31,488 bases of DNA from a virus (taxonomy: Duplodnaviria; Heunggongvirae; Uroviricota; Caudoviricetes). A program made the position numbers and the translations under genes. Positions 8,568 to 17,040 of the stretch are shown here, in pieces. Positions within the stretch are counted from its first letter, which is position 1. The number at the start of each line of letters is the position of its first letter. Under the pieces are notes generated by a model. The model ran no database searches. It was not told the DNA's origin and saw nothing but the letters and a program-made list of their open reading frames with translations. Location: IMG/VR virus record IMGVR_UViG_2778261316_000005. One strand, 5' to 3'.

Positions 8568-8673
8568 AAAAATCCCCTTTATTTAGATGCCATAGTCCCT
8601 CGCATTGTATCGAGCATCGTCATTTCTGGCTGTACTGCAGGTTAGGTACCGCACCGTCAGAAGTAACTATGTC

Positions 8674-8699
8674 TTCCGGCAAACGTTGGTTTAGGAGAT
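8674..8699. other. gix/hix-like 26-bp invertase crossover site (left boundary of the invertible segment)
   Basis: TTCCGGCAAACGTTGGTTTAGGAGAT resembles the gix consensus TTCCTGTAAACCGAGGTTTTGGATAA; lies between the invertase start and the promoterless alternative fibre tip. Confidence 0.6.
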
Positions 8700-8729
8700 A
8701 TCAGTGCTACAGGTGTTGCGACAGGTAGT

Positions 8730-9065
8730 ATGGGCGGAACCGGATATGCCATATTTCCGATGATGATTGGCGGTGCACGTAAGACTTTTATTATGCAATG
8801 GGGATTGCTGACGCCTCTGAAATCAGGTGGCTATGTGAATATTAACCTTCCTGTCGCTTTTCCTACTATGGTGATGCAGGCATATGCAACACATGATAAT
8901 GCGACACTAAACACACGCCCGACAGTATATGCAATTACTACAACAAGCCGAACCACTATCACTGCGACGGCGACGTGCTTAGATGCTGGCTCAGTGGGCG
9001 CTACAGTGACACGCAGTAGTGACGATACTGCGTGTTACGGTCGTTATTTTGCAATAGGGTGCTGA
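8730..9065 (+). CDS. alternative tail fibre C-terminal variable cassette (Sv'-like), silent in this orientation
   Basis: Reading frame is open back to the left gix-like site (…PANVGLGDISATGVATGSMGGTG…), with no start or promoter of its own; Gly/Thr-rich fibre-tip-like sequence; directly followed by an assembly gene. Confidence 0.55.
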   Translation: MGGTGYAIFPMMIGGARKTFIMQWGLLTPLKSGGYVNINLPVAFPTMVMQAYATHDNATLNTRPTVYAITTTSRTTITATATCLDAGSVGATVTRSSDDTACYGRYFAIGC

Positions 9066-9066
9066 A

Positions 9067-9510
9067 ATGAATCTTAAATATTTTTCTCCATCTGAAAATG
9101 CGTTTTATGCCGGGGAGCTTAAAGAAAGCTATATCGCTGCTGGCTCATGGCCTTCTGATGCCTCGGAGGTTGATGAAAGTCTTTATCTTGAGTTTATCGA
9201 TAAACCGCCAGCAGGTAAGTATCGAGGAGTGGATAATGCAGGAATGCCCTGCTGGCTTGAAATTCCTCCTCCCACAGTAGAGGAAATGGCATCGAATGCA
9301 GAGAATATAAGACAGCAGCTCATTGATAAGGCAAATGTTTATATAAACAATCGTCAGTGGCCGGGAAAAGCAGCGATAGGCCGTTTAAAGGCAGATGAAC
9401 TGGAACGATATAACCTTTGGCTGGATTATCTGGACGCACTGGAACTGGTCGATACTTCCGGTGCGCCAGATATTGAATGGCCTACGCCTCCGGCAGCTCA
9501 GGCCAGATGA
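9067..9510 (+). CDS. tail fibre assembly protein (alternative, U'-like)
   Basis: 147 aa; C-terminal ...DTSGAPDIEWPTPP motif shared with the other tfa (…TAPDVIWPELP); 3' ends of the two genes overlap convergently. Confidence 0.8.
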   Translation: MNLKYFSPSENAFYAGELKESYIAAGSWPSDASEVDESLYLEFIDKPPAGKYRGVDNAGMPCWLEIPPPTVEEMASNAENIRQQLIDKANVYINNRQWPGKAAIGRLKADELERYNLWLDYLDALELVDTSGAPDIEWPTPPAAQAR

Positions 9511-10084
9511 CATCCGGCGCGGTGCTGGTATCCGTTGCCGTCACCGCGTCAATGTAATCCAGCACAGCGTTTAATCGGGTGGTTTCTGTCTGCGTCAGCT
9601 TCCTCCCGGCCTGCAATTTCAGTTGAATCAGACTAATGGAAGCCATTGCAGTATCAATCAGTGACTGACGCTGTGCTTCTGCCGCGCTTACTGCGGCGCT
9701 ATGCTGTGCCTCAGTATCTGTCACCCATTTCTCACCATCCCATTTATCGTATGGCGTTAACGGGGCGATAGTGGTTGTATTTTCGGGGTAATCACCCAGA
9801 GCTGTGATTTCTTTGGCGTCTCCCGTTTCGGTGTTATAGACGATTTCACCGCGATGGTCTGGCACATATTCCCATGAGTTTAAATCTGCCGAACGGCAGA
9901 TTGCATAACCAGCCTTATGTATACCAGGTTCATCCAGACAGGAATATGCCGGGATACCAACACCAACGGCAAGATATTCATTTGAAGTGGAAATATATTC
10001 CCGAGTTTCACCATCATAGCTATAGACGGTAATATCCCCCGCCTTCGTGGCAATAAGCTCGCTATTTAATACAGCGTTATCCAT
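9482..10084 (-). CDS. G: tail fibre assembly protein gpG
   Basis: 200 aa immediately downstream of H (TAATG overlap); tfa-type C-terminal motif. Confidence 0.85.
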   Translation of the reverse strand: MDNAVLNSELIATKAGDITVYSYDGETREYISTSNEYLAVGVGIPAYSCLDEPGIHKAGYAICRSADLNSWEYVPDHRGEIVYNTETGDAKEITALGDYPENTTTIAPLTPYDKWDGEKWVTDTEAQHSAAVSAAEAQRQSLIDTAMASISLIQLKLQAGRKLTQTETTRLNAVLDYIDAVTATDTSTAPDVIWPELPEA

Positions 10085-11370
10085 TATGCAGCCCTCACGA
10101 TAAAGTTAAATGCAATATTTCGCGCACGTGTTTCCGTTGATGTTCTGGCAACAAGTGATGCATCAAAATAATAATTCGCCTGTTTATATGTACCACCTAT
10201 CGCAATTGGTGTGAGATTTGGTTGCACTATTGAAGAGGTAAATGCGCCGAAAGTATTATTATTTGTCCCCGTGGTCATATCAAAAAAGCTACCTGTAATA
10301 TTTTGCAGCGTATCGCTCTGAGCACTCAATAACGCTCGCCCACTGTCCACTCCACGCCCATCATCCCAGCCACGAATAAACTCACCCCGCAGATCTGGCA
10401 GCACAAGACCGGGGTAAACCAGTGCCAGCTTCGGATAATTTTCAGCTGCAAATGGAGCGCCGTTACATTTCAGCCATCCTGTTGGTGGAGTGGCTAAAGG
10501 CCACGGAACAGGCACACCAACGGGTAATGCCGAACCTTCTCCCAAACCAAGGTTTTGGAGAAACTTCGCCACGTCAGGAATATCCCCGCCGTTTTGGCCT
10601 TTCTGCATCGCCCCGGTAATTCGAGCATCATCCCCCGAGGCTACCGTTCCGGCCGTTGTTCCAACATTTCGCGTCGAGCTGTCACCCAGCTCTAAATTCT
10701 GCCGTGCTAATGCGGTATCGGGTAAGTCCGACAGGTTGCGATCTTTTGCCAGCCGTGCGCTCCCGTTATCCATCGCAATTTTAACGGCCTTCGATGTTGC
10801 CGCCTGCGACTCGCTGTCACTGGTCACACTGCTGCTGAGCTGCACAAACCCTTTCTCTGTCGTTGACGCATCCGGGTGATTACGTGACTGCTCATGCGCG
10901 CGCAGCTGGCTGTCAACATACTGGCGTGTTGCCAGAACAACAGCCGGATCAATCTTCAACGTAACGGCTTCGGTGCTGCTGACAATCAGGATCACGCGAA
11001 TAACCTGAACGCGCCCGCTCCCCTCCTGCAACTGAGGCTTATAGGTTTCTGCGCAATTGGCAATCGCCACCATATCGCCATCTTTATCGAAAAGGCCGAT
11101 CTCACGAATCCACCACCCGCCGACGTCTTCCGGTATGACCTGTTCCGCAATGATCTGGCTGGCGTTCGCCGGGTCCACCGTCAGCATATTCAGAGGGGCG
11201 CGGCGTAACTCATGTACGAGGGCAGTTTGCGCCGGATTCGGTGTAGGCAGTACACCATTGCCATCACCAACGGCCAGCTGGGTAATCTCAACTTTCGTAC
11301 CCAACGCCGTGGCTTTTGCCAGTTTTGCCGCCCCGATATTGGTCAACAGGGCAAGATATTTAGTCGCCAC
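10084..11370 (-). CDS. H: tail fibre protein gpH (constant N-terminal part plus the currently expressed variable tip)
   Basis: N-terminus ...GAAKLAKATALGTKVEITQLAVGDGNG...HPDASTTEKGFVQLSS resembles P2 H; start placed at GTG 11370 with a GGAG RBS (the ORF track extends to a TTG at 11391). Confidence 0.9.
   Translation of the reverse strand: MATKYLALLTNIGAAKLAKATALGTKVEITQLAVGDGNGVLPTPNPAQTALVHELRRAPLNMLTVDPANASQIIAEQVIPEDVGGWWIREIGLFDKDGDMVAIANCAETYKPQLQEGSGRVQVIRVILIVSSTEAVTLKIDPAVVLATRQYVDSQLRAHEQSRNHPDASTTEKGFVQLSSSVTSDSESQAATSKAVKIAMDNGSARLAKDRNLSDLPDTALARQNLELGDSSTRNVGTTAGTVASGDDARITGAMQKGQNGGDIPDVAKFLQNLGLGEGSALPVGVPVPWPLATPPTGWLKCNGAPFAAENYPKLALVYPGLVLPDLRGEFIRGWDDGRGVDSGRALLSAQSDTLQNITGSFFDMTTGTNNNTFGAFTSSIVQPNLTPIAIGGTYKQANYYFDASLVARTSTETRARNIAFNFIVRAA
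10537..10562. other. gix/hix-like crossover site inside tail fibre gene H (right boundary of the invertible segment)
   Basis: TTCTCCCAAACCAAGGTTTTGGAGAA; its reverse complement matches the left site at 19 of 26 positions with the same central TT, and the codon phase is the same (N-L-G-L-G versus N-V-G-L-G). Confidence 0.6.
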
Positions 11371-11974
11371 TTGCGATCTCCACGGTATCAATTAAATGGA
11401 TTGCTGCGCCGGTGTAGTCATTGCCACCCACAGCGATAGTTTCAGGAAAATAGGGATATATCGTCAGCGTATCGCCCACGTAACACCCCGCCCCTATCTC
11501 GATATAACCCTGAGACTGAAGCGAAAGCGAAAGGCCGGTGAGGTGACGGCTTCTGGGTTTTGCATCGTTGATCAGGCGCTCAAGCTCCCGATAAGTCTCC
11601 TCGGTGATCCCCTCATCCTGAATGCCGATTTCAAGCCGGAAAGTGCCTGGCTCCTCGCCGTTCTGCCACCACTCAATCACCCTCAGCAAATAGCCGAAAG
11701 GTTCAACAACGCGCCTCAACGCCGAAATCGTGCCTTTGTGACGATGGACAAGCCAGGAGGCTTTGATTACCTGCCTCTTGGTCTGTTCAGACCAGCGCTT
11801 ATCCCAGCGATCAACAGACAACGCCCAGGCCAGATAGGGTAAAAACTCCACGGGGCATTCATCCGGATTCCAGAGCTTTCGAAGGTCGACAGGAATACCG
11901 CTGATCCGCGCCGTCGGTTTCTCCGCATTCCGCATGAAAGTGCTGGCTGAAGGCGGCAGGAGGCTGTTATTCAT
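11360..11974 (-). CDS. I: baseplate protein gpI
   Basis: ...LWNPDECPVEFLPYLAWALSVDRWD...HKGTISALRRVVEPFGYL...TFRLEIG closely resembles P2 gpI. Confidence 0.9.
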   Translation of the reverse strand: MNNSLLPPSASTFMRNAEKPTARISGIPVDLRKLWNPDECPVEFLPYLAWALSVDRWDKRWSEQTKRQVIKASWLVHRHKGTISALRRVVEPFGYLLRVIEWWQNGEEPGTFRLEIGIQDEGITEETYRELERLINDAKPRSRHLTGLSLSLQSQGYIEIGAGCYVGDTLTIYPYFPETIAVGGNDYTGAAIHLIDTVEIASGD

Positions 11975-12863
11975 CCGTTCCCCCTACGTTGATGGTGTGC
12001 GAAATACATCGTGCCGCCTGGGTATCATCGATCACGATATCTTCCGGAGGGTTCAGCAAGACTACACGCTGCACCCCCTGCACATGCAGAGCGGCCATAA
12101 TGGCCGAACGCGCAACATCGCGACCGATTTTCCCCTGCTCTGTGAGCCATGCCCGCAGTGCATCATCTGCCGCACTCAGGATCGGCTCAGATTCCGGCCC
12201 CGGATAGAGATAAAGCAGAGAGTCAATTTCATAATTCACAATCTCCGCTGACTGGACGGTTAGCCGGTCAGCGACAGGCCGCTTATCATCCGCTGAGAGC
12301 GTGTCGTTTACTGTTGCGATCAGCTCGTTGCTAGCCGTGCCATCCCCTTCGGTAGACAGAATGGACACGACGACAACAGCGGGTGAGGGGCTGGTTGCCC
12401 TGGCATCTGCAACTTTACCGCTGGCACTCTTCGCAAAATATTCGTATGCCCCGGTAGGGCCAGCAACGCTCAACCCTTCAAAAGCGGATTGCGCACGCAG
12501 ACGCAGCGCGGTGTCGCTTTCCATCTCTGCATCGGTGGTTTCGGTAGCCGGAATACGAACCAGGCGCTCGGTGTTCAGGTTACCCGCAAGGTTATCAAGA
12601 TCGGTGGAGACGGAATGGCTCAACATGCAGGCCGCAGCCCCCTCATTGATTCGCTGGCGCAGCATTAATTCCCGGTAGGCAATCACCTGCGCCAGTATGG
12701 TCAGGGGTTCAGACTCAAGTTTTAACGCAGCGGCAACAGAAGCCTGTTGTTCATCAGGGAAAGCCGCGATCATGACGGCTTTGACATCCGCCAGAATCAC
12801 TTCAAAATCCAGCGCCTCAATAATCTGCGGCGGGGGTAGCTGCGCCAAATCAACTTGTGCCAT
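11967..12863 (-). CDS. J: baseplate assembly protein gpJ
   Basis: MAQVDLAQLPPPQIIEALDFE...RPVADRLTVQSAEIVNYEIDSLLYLYPGPESEPI matches P2 gpJ. Confidence 0.9.
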   Translation of the reverse strand: MAQVDLAQLPPPQIIEALDFEVILADVKAVMIAAFPDEQQASVAAALKLESEPLTILAQVIAYRELMLRQRINEGAAACMLSHSVSTDLDNLAGNLNTERLVRIPATETTDAEMESDTALRLRAQSAFEGLSVAGPTGAYEYFAKSASGKVADARATSPSPAVVVVSILSTEGDGTASNELIATVNDTLSADDKRPVADRLTVQSAEIVNYEIDSLLYLYPGPESEPILSAADDALRAWLTEQGKIGRDVARSAIMAALHVQGVQRVVLLNPPEDIVIDDTQAARCISHTINVGGTDE

Positions 12864-13218
12864 TGCTGCTTTTCCTGAGTGTTAAGGTTGTCGTCTGCTG
12901 TTCCATAGATTCCGTCAGAGCCCCTGACAATCCCGCCTCCACTGCTCCTGACTGCGAATAACGCACATCCACGATGCTCAGCGTGATCCGCGGCTCCCAT
13001 GTTGCCAGCGCAATAACCACTGCGCTCATCAGCTGCATGCGTGTAACGTCGTTTTGTGGACCATCAATCAGATCAGGAACGAGAGAGCCGTAGTCACGGC
13101 GCATGACCCGCGATCCAATCGGGGTGTTAAGAATGTCACTGGCTGACTGCCACACGTGGGCGGCATCCGTCAGCGTTCCCGTGCCATCAGGATTCATCCC
13201 GGTATAGCGCACCGTCAT
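12850..13218 (-). CDS. W: baseplate protein gpW
   Basis: MTVRYTGMN...PIGSRVMRRDYGSL matches P2 gpW (MTARYLGMN...PVGSRVMRRDYGSL). Confidence 0.9.
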   Translation of the reverse strand: MTVRYTGMNPDGTGTLTDAAHVWQSASDILNTPIGSRVMRRDYGSLVPDLIDGPQNDVTRMQLMSAVVIALATWEPRITLSIVDVRYSQSGAVEAGLSGALTESMEQQTTTLTLRKSSNGTS

Positions 13219-13799
13219 TTCGTGCCCTCCGTCCAGCTTCCGCCACGCTGCACTCCACCATGACCATGATCATCAACCTGCACACCGTTTGAGATGAACG
13301 CACCGCCAGTGTGCGTAAAGTCCCCCTGCATTTTGCCGCCTTCCGTAACGGTGAAATTTTTGGTTTTCAGCATCTCGGTACACTCGACCAGTGGCGTTTC
13401 CAGTAAGACCTTAACCGACGCCTCAATCGTTGCTGATTTAATACCGCTGACCTGCAAAGCCCCTGCTTCTGCGTCATAGCGAAACTTCGCTCCATCCGGT
13501 GCGGTCACGATCATTTCTTTTGCCGATATGCCTGGCGCCGGATTGTCGTTGCTGTAAAGACTTCCCCCTATGATCGCAGCGGTAGTGTTACCCCCAAGGC
13601 ACAGGAACCATACCTGCTCGCCAACAGACGGCGGCACCCAGATGCTGAAAGCGCCTGCACGCTGTGCATTCCAGCGCAGCCAGGTCGAATCCAGCTCTCC
13701 GCTTTTTACCCTTACCCGCCACTTTTCCTCGTCTATCTCCGTCACCGTACCGGTGCGAACGATGTTTTCCAGCAGGCGAATGACTTCAGCCAGATCCAT
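13215..13799 (-). CDS. V: baseplate spike protein gpV
   Basis: ...WVPPSVGEQVWFLCLGG...QVSGIKSATIEA...DFTHTGG matches P2 gpV. Confidence 0.9.
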   Translation of the reverse strand: MDLAEVIRLLENIVRTGTVTEIDEEKWRVRVKSGELDSTWLRWNAQRAGAFSIWVPPSVGEQVWFLCLGGNTTAAIIGGSLYSNDNPAPGISAKEMIVTAPDGAKFRYDAEAGALQVSGIKSATIEASVKVLLETPLVECTEMLKTKNFTVTEGGKMQGDFTHTGGAFISNGVQVDDHGHGGVQRGGSWTEGTK

Positions 13800-14440
13800 C
13801 AGCTCACCCCCAGAGAATCAATGACCTGTCGGGCTATAGCCATGCGGTCCGCCTTGCTCAGGCCGAGCAACTCACGGCGCGGGTAGCTGGCCATCGCGCC
13901 ACTGTCGTTTACCCTGTCCCGTAGCCCGTACTGGTGAACGCGGGCGATGCGGGCAGCAGCGCCCGAAAAACCAACTACAGCCCCCTCAGAAGTCGCTCTT
14001 GCTTTCAGAAAACGGGTTGTGCGCAGTCGGCGAAACATAGGATCGCTTTTCGTGGTATCACGGCGCGTCTCGCTGAAACTGATATCAAGATAACGCTCAA
14101 TATCAGAGCGATAGAACGAGCGAACGGCCCCTTTCCCCTCATCAAAGCCTGTCAGCATGCGTCCCCGGCTTCCACGGGTTGCCCGCCAGTTCCTCAGACG
14201 ACGCTCCTCACCTTGCCAGACAAACCCGATCCCAGCCTGGGAGCGTAAGACGCGGCGATGACGCTTCTGGTATTTCGTGCCATCCGGAGCTGCCTGCTTC
14301 CCTATGCGCTGGCTCTGGCTACGGCGTAATGTAGTCGCTATTCCGCGCGCAGTACGCAACCGTCTCGCTGGCGCCATTGCGGACAGGATGTCTGCAAAAA
14401 CCTGATCGAGTTGATGAAACAGCGCTGCATCATCGGTCAT
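13799..14440 (-). CDS. S: virion morphogenesis / tail completion protein gpS
   Basis: Position between R and V; Arg-rich 213 aa protein typical of the Phage_tail_S family. Confidence 0.8.
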   Translation of the reverse strand: MTDDAALFHQLDQVFADILSAMAPARRLRTARGIATTLRRSQSQRIGKQAAPDGTKYQKRHRRVLRSQAGIGFVWQGEERRLRNWRATRGSRGRMLTGFDEGKGAVRSFYRSDIERYLDISFSETRRDTTKSDPMFRRLRTTRFLKARATSEGAVVGFSGAAARIARVHQYGLRDRVNDSGAMASYPRRELLGLSKADRMAIARQVIDSLGVS

Positions 14441-14886
14441 GCCAGCTCACCTCCGCCAAATACCACTTCCCACTCTCCGCCATTAATGCGTGGGCGGTCT
14501 TCGCTCAGGTGTTTCGCGACGGGCTTCCCGTCAACGGTTTCCACCATGACGCGCTCCCAGACCGGCACCTTGAACAGAAGATCGGCCAGGTCGTCGCTGA
14601 TAATGTCAGCGTCAAACTCCACCTTGCGGTTATTGTCAGGATTCAGCAGTAAATCAGGCTGATATTGCCAGGCCCAGGCCATGATCGGCAGCATCAGATC
14701 ATCAACCGCCCCGGGGAATTCCACGGCGAGAATATTGATGGTGTAGAGGTACATGAAAGACGGTTCGCCGGTCGCTTCAATCCCGATATTGCCTTTTTCC
14801 ACCCAGACGGTGATTTGCTCCGGGTTGGCCTTACACCAGGTGTTACCGGCTATCAGGGCTTCACGCATCAACTCTGCTTTTTTCAC
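14437..14886 (-). CDS. R: tail completion protein gpR
   Basis: 149 aa; synteny and similarity to P2 gpR (…NPEQITVWVEKGNI… versus …NPDMLRIFVDNGSI…). Confidence 0.8.
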   Translation of the reverse strand: MKKAELMREALIAGNTWCKANPEQITVWVEKGNIGIEATGEPSFMYLYTINILAVEFPGAVDDLMLPIMAWAWQYQPDLLLNPDNNRKVEFDADIISDDLADLLFKVPVWERVMVETVDGKPVAKHLSEDRPRINGGEWEVVFGGGELA

Positions 14887-15179
14887 TTTATCCCCCTGGC
14901 GATTCGCCGCAGTTCCAGCTCTCTGATACCCGCCTTATCGGCGTTGCATGTGTCCAGCGCATCCAGCAGCGCATCGGACCACGGAGCGAGGCTCCCGTAT
15001 GTCATTGGTTTTGGCGGTGCTGGCGTTTCAGTTTTTGCCGTCAGGCTTTCCGGTAAAGGTTCCTGAATAATCACCGGCGCCAACTTCGGCGGCTCGCTGG
15101 TACAGGCTGTCAGCCACACGGTCAGGCACAGGCACAGCGGCGCATTTATCACCGACCAGCTCAGTTTTGATATTTTCAC
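14883..15179 (-). CDS. lysC: o-spanin LysC (Rz1-like outer-membrane lipoprotein), starting inside lysB in another frame
   Basis: Signal peptide with lipobox L-T-A-C, Pro-rich mature region; overlaps the 3' part of lysB as in P2 lysB/lysC. Confidence 0.7.
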   Translation of the reverse strand: MKISKLSWSVINAPLCLCLTVWLTACTSEPPKLAPVIIQEPLPESLTAKTETPAPPKPMTYGSLAPWSDALLDALDTCNADKAGIRELELRRIARGIK

Positions 15180-15423
15180 GGCGCTTTTCCCCTGTATCGC
15201 TACGCTTCTGAGCCAGTGTTTTCAGACCAGCGGCTACTTCGTTCACGTCGTTACGTAACGCCCTGACCTCGGCCAGCACATCACCGGTTTGCTTAAGCTT
15301 CTGGTTAGCTTCTCCAAGTGCCGTCTCTGCGGCCTCTCGTTTACTGCTCTCCAGCGTCAGCCTGACGCCTGCGATGACCAGCAGAAGGGAAATAAAAACG
15401 GTAAATACACCCAGCGCTTTCAT
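15028..15423 (-). CDS. lysB: i-spanin LysB (Rz-like)
   Basis: N-terminal transmembrane helix followed by a coiled-coil-rich periplasmic domain; directly downstream of the endolysin. Confidence 0.75.
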   Translation of the reverse strand: MKALGVFTVFISLLLVIAGVRLTLESSKREAAETALGEANQKLKQTGDVLAEVRALRNDVNEVAAGLKTLAQKRSDTGEKRRENIKTELVGDKCAAVPVPDRVADSLYQRAAEVGAGDYSGTFTGKPDGKN

Positions 15424-15971
15424 TTCACCCCCTTCAGCTCAGGCTCTGAGAGGCACCAGTCCCGAAACTCTTCCCGGCGCCTTTCCAGCCCCGGCATACG
15501 TTTTCCGCCGGAGTTGACAAAGTCTGTGAGTCGCTCGCAAACGCCCTGCCAGTTACCATCCTGCGCATTGCGCCAGATTGTTGTTCTGACCTTCTGGCCC
15601 TTTTTGTTGGTGTACCAGCCAAGACCACCACAACCGACGTTAAATGCGCCATCAGTCAGCGCTTCGAAAACACGTTGTGGTGCAGCTGCGCCATTAAACT
15701 CGCGGTTTACGCATTTCTCAGCACGAAACAGGTCATTCACCCATCGCTCGGCGATCTCGCGCTCGGCGTATTCGCGGTTCTGCACGTTACTGGTCGACCC
15801 CATGCCTACGGTCAGCACACCCGACGGGCAGTAATACGGCGTCTTTCGACAATCCTCGTATTTCGCCATCTTCAGCTGCGCTTCAGGACTTGTACGCAGC
15901 GTCTGCGGCCAGAGTGCCGCTGCGAGAGAGACAATCGCCGCAACAGAACAGGCAATAATTCCTCTTTTCAT
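15420..15971 (-). CDS. SAR endolysin (phage lysozyme with N-terminal signal-arrest-release domain)
   Basis: Hydrophobic N-terminus MKRGIIACSVAAIVSLAAALW, then lysozyme motifs (…GVLTVGMGST…, …FNVGCGGLG…, …RREEFRDWC…) resembling P21 R-type SAR endolysins. Confidence 0.85.
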   Translation of the reverse strand: MKRGIIACSVAAIVSLAAALWPQTLRTSPEAQLKMAKYEDCRKTPYYCPSGVLTVGMGSTSNVQNREYAEREIAERWVNDLFRAEKCVNREFNGAAAPQRVFEALTDGAFNVGCGGLGWYTNKKGQKVRTTIWRNAQDGNWQGVCERLTDFVNSGGKRMPGLERRREEFRDWCLSEPELKGVK

Positions 15972-16249
15972 CGCGGTGACTCCCTGATAGTCCGGATTAA
16001 CTCCTTCACGTCCTGCCGGTTCTCGGTATCGTCCCGAATCGCATCGATCAATTCATTCAGCAGAACATTATTGGTTTCATGGATGCGGGACATCCGGCGG
16101 CGATGGAGTTCACCCAGCACGGCAACCACGATCCCGGTGAGCGCAGCAATGAAAGCCAGCCAGTCCTTCTGCGTCATCATGCCTACGCCCGTCAGCAGCA
16201 TCGACCAGAGGTATACCGTCCAGTTCCAGAGGCGGTTTATCAGCTCCAT
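15968..16249 (-). CDS. Y: holin (gpY-like)
   Basis: 93 aa with two hydrophobic segments and a charged C-terminus; immediately upstream of the endolysin. Confidence 0.7.
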   Translation of the reverse strand: MELINRLWNWTVYLWSMLLTGVGMMTQKDWLAFIAALTGIVVAVLGELHRRRMSRIHETNNVLLNELIDAIRDDTENRQDVKELIRTIRESPR

Positions 16250-16440
16250 AATTGAACAGTCTCCTTTGTCGCAGAGGTGTCGACGTCAGGCAGTTCAACT
16301 TCCTGCCCTGCATCAAGGAAGATCTGACCGGCCAGCGCATGATTCGCAGCCAGTACGATCTCGGTCACGCCCTGGGTGATGCCGTAGTGACGCTGACACA
16401 ACAAATCCACTGTATCGCCCTGCAATGCCTTCACTTTCAT
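16240..16440 (-). CDS. X: tail protein gpX
   Basis: MKVKALQGDTVDLLCQRHYG...ELPDVDT... matches P2 gpX (MKTFALQGDTLDAICVRYYG...). Confidence 0.85.
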   Translation of the reverse strand: MKVKALQGDTVDLLCQRHYGITQGVTEIVLAANHALAGQIFLDAGQEVELPDVDTSATKETVQLWS

Positions 16441-16937
16441 CAGAACGCCTCCGCAGAGTTACGGACCACACCCTGAATATCCGAGATAGCCCAGCGCGCA
16501 TCACGCCAGTGATCATTCGCCTGGGTTGCGAGTGCGGCGGCGCGCTTCTCGCCCGCGTCGCCCGTGGTGTCAACATCGCGGAAAGTCTCGATCAGCAGGG
16601 CACGCGAGATGCTGTAAACTGCGCGGCGCCAGCGATATACCTTTACGCTCTCGTCGTTTATCACCATGGCCGGTACGGCGGCCAAACTGGTATATCCGGC
16701 CCCAATCTGTTCAGCCTGCCATTGCTTCAGCTGGTCAGCAGTGTGAGCTACGGCTTCGATGACCACCTGCTTTAAACGCGAAGTGGTAACCGCACCGGTG
16801 ATCCGCATCTCCTTACGGACGTTGCTCAGCACTATCTCGGGCCAGAACTCCCCGGCGGTGACTTTCTCTCCGCCGTCATCCACGTCCGGCACATCCTCCG
16901 CAGAGGGGGTAACTGTGCGAGGGGCCACAAGGCTCAT
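16440..16937 (-). CDS. L: head completion/stabilisation protein gpL
   Basis: 165 aa; synteny between M and X; similarity to P2 gpL (…VKVYRWRRAVY…HWRDARWAISDIQG…). Confidence 0.9.
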   Translation of the reverse strand: MSLVAPRTVTPSAEDVPDVDDGGEKVTAGEFWPEIVLSNVRKEMRITGAVTTSRLKQVVIEAVAHTADQLKQWQAEQIGAGYTSLAAVPAMVINDESVKVYRWRRAVYSISRALLIETFRDVDTTGDAGEKRAAALATQANDHWRDARWAISDIQGVVRNSAEAF

Positions 16938-17040
16938 CGTGTAGTCTCCAGAAAAGGTTGGCGGTGAGCGGACGGAGAAAAGCTAACGCGATGCGTTGCA
17001 GATCTCCGCCCGCGCCGCCAGCGCACGGGGCGCAAGTCGG

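Larger units (their letters stand above)
8674..10562. other. about 1.9 kb invertible DNA segment (Mu G-segment-like) carrying two alternative tail-fibre tips and two assembly chaperone genes
   Basis: Inverted gix-like sites at each end; convergent tfa genes overlapping at their 3' ends; a promoterless fibre C-terminal cassette facing the H constant region; adjacent invertase gene. Confidence 0.6.

Noticed and set aside
13800-13920. Ogr-type late promoter (P_V equivalent) upstream of gene V
   Set aside because: Only half-matches found (for example TGT-N12-ATG near 13827); not enough to call a site without a proper motif scan.
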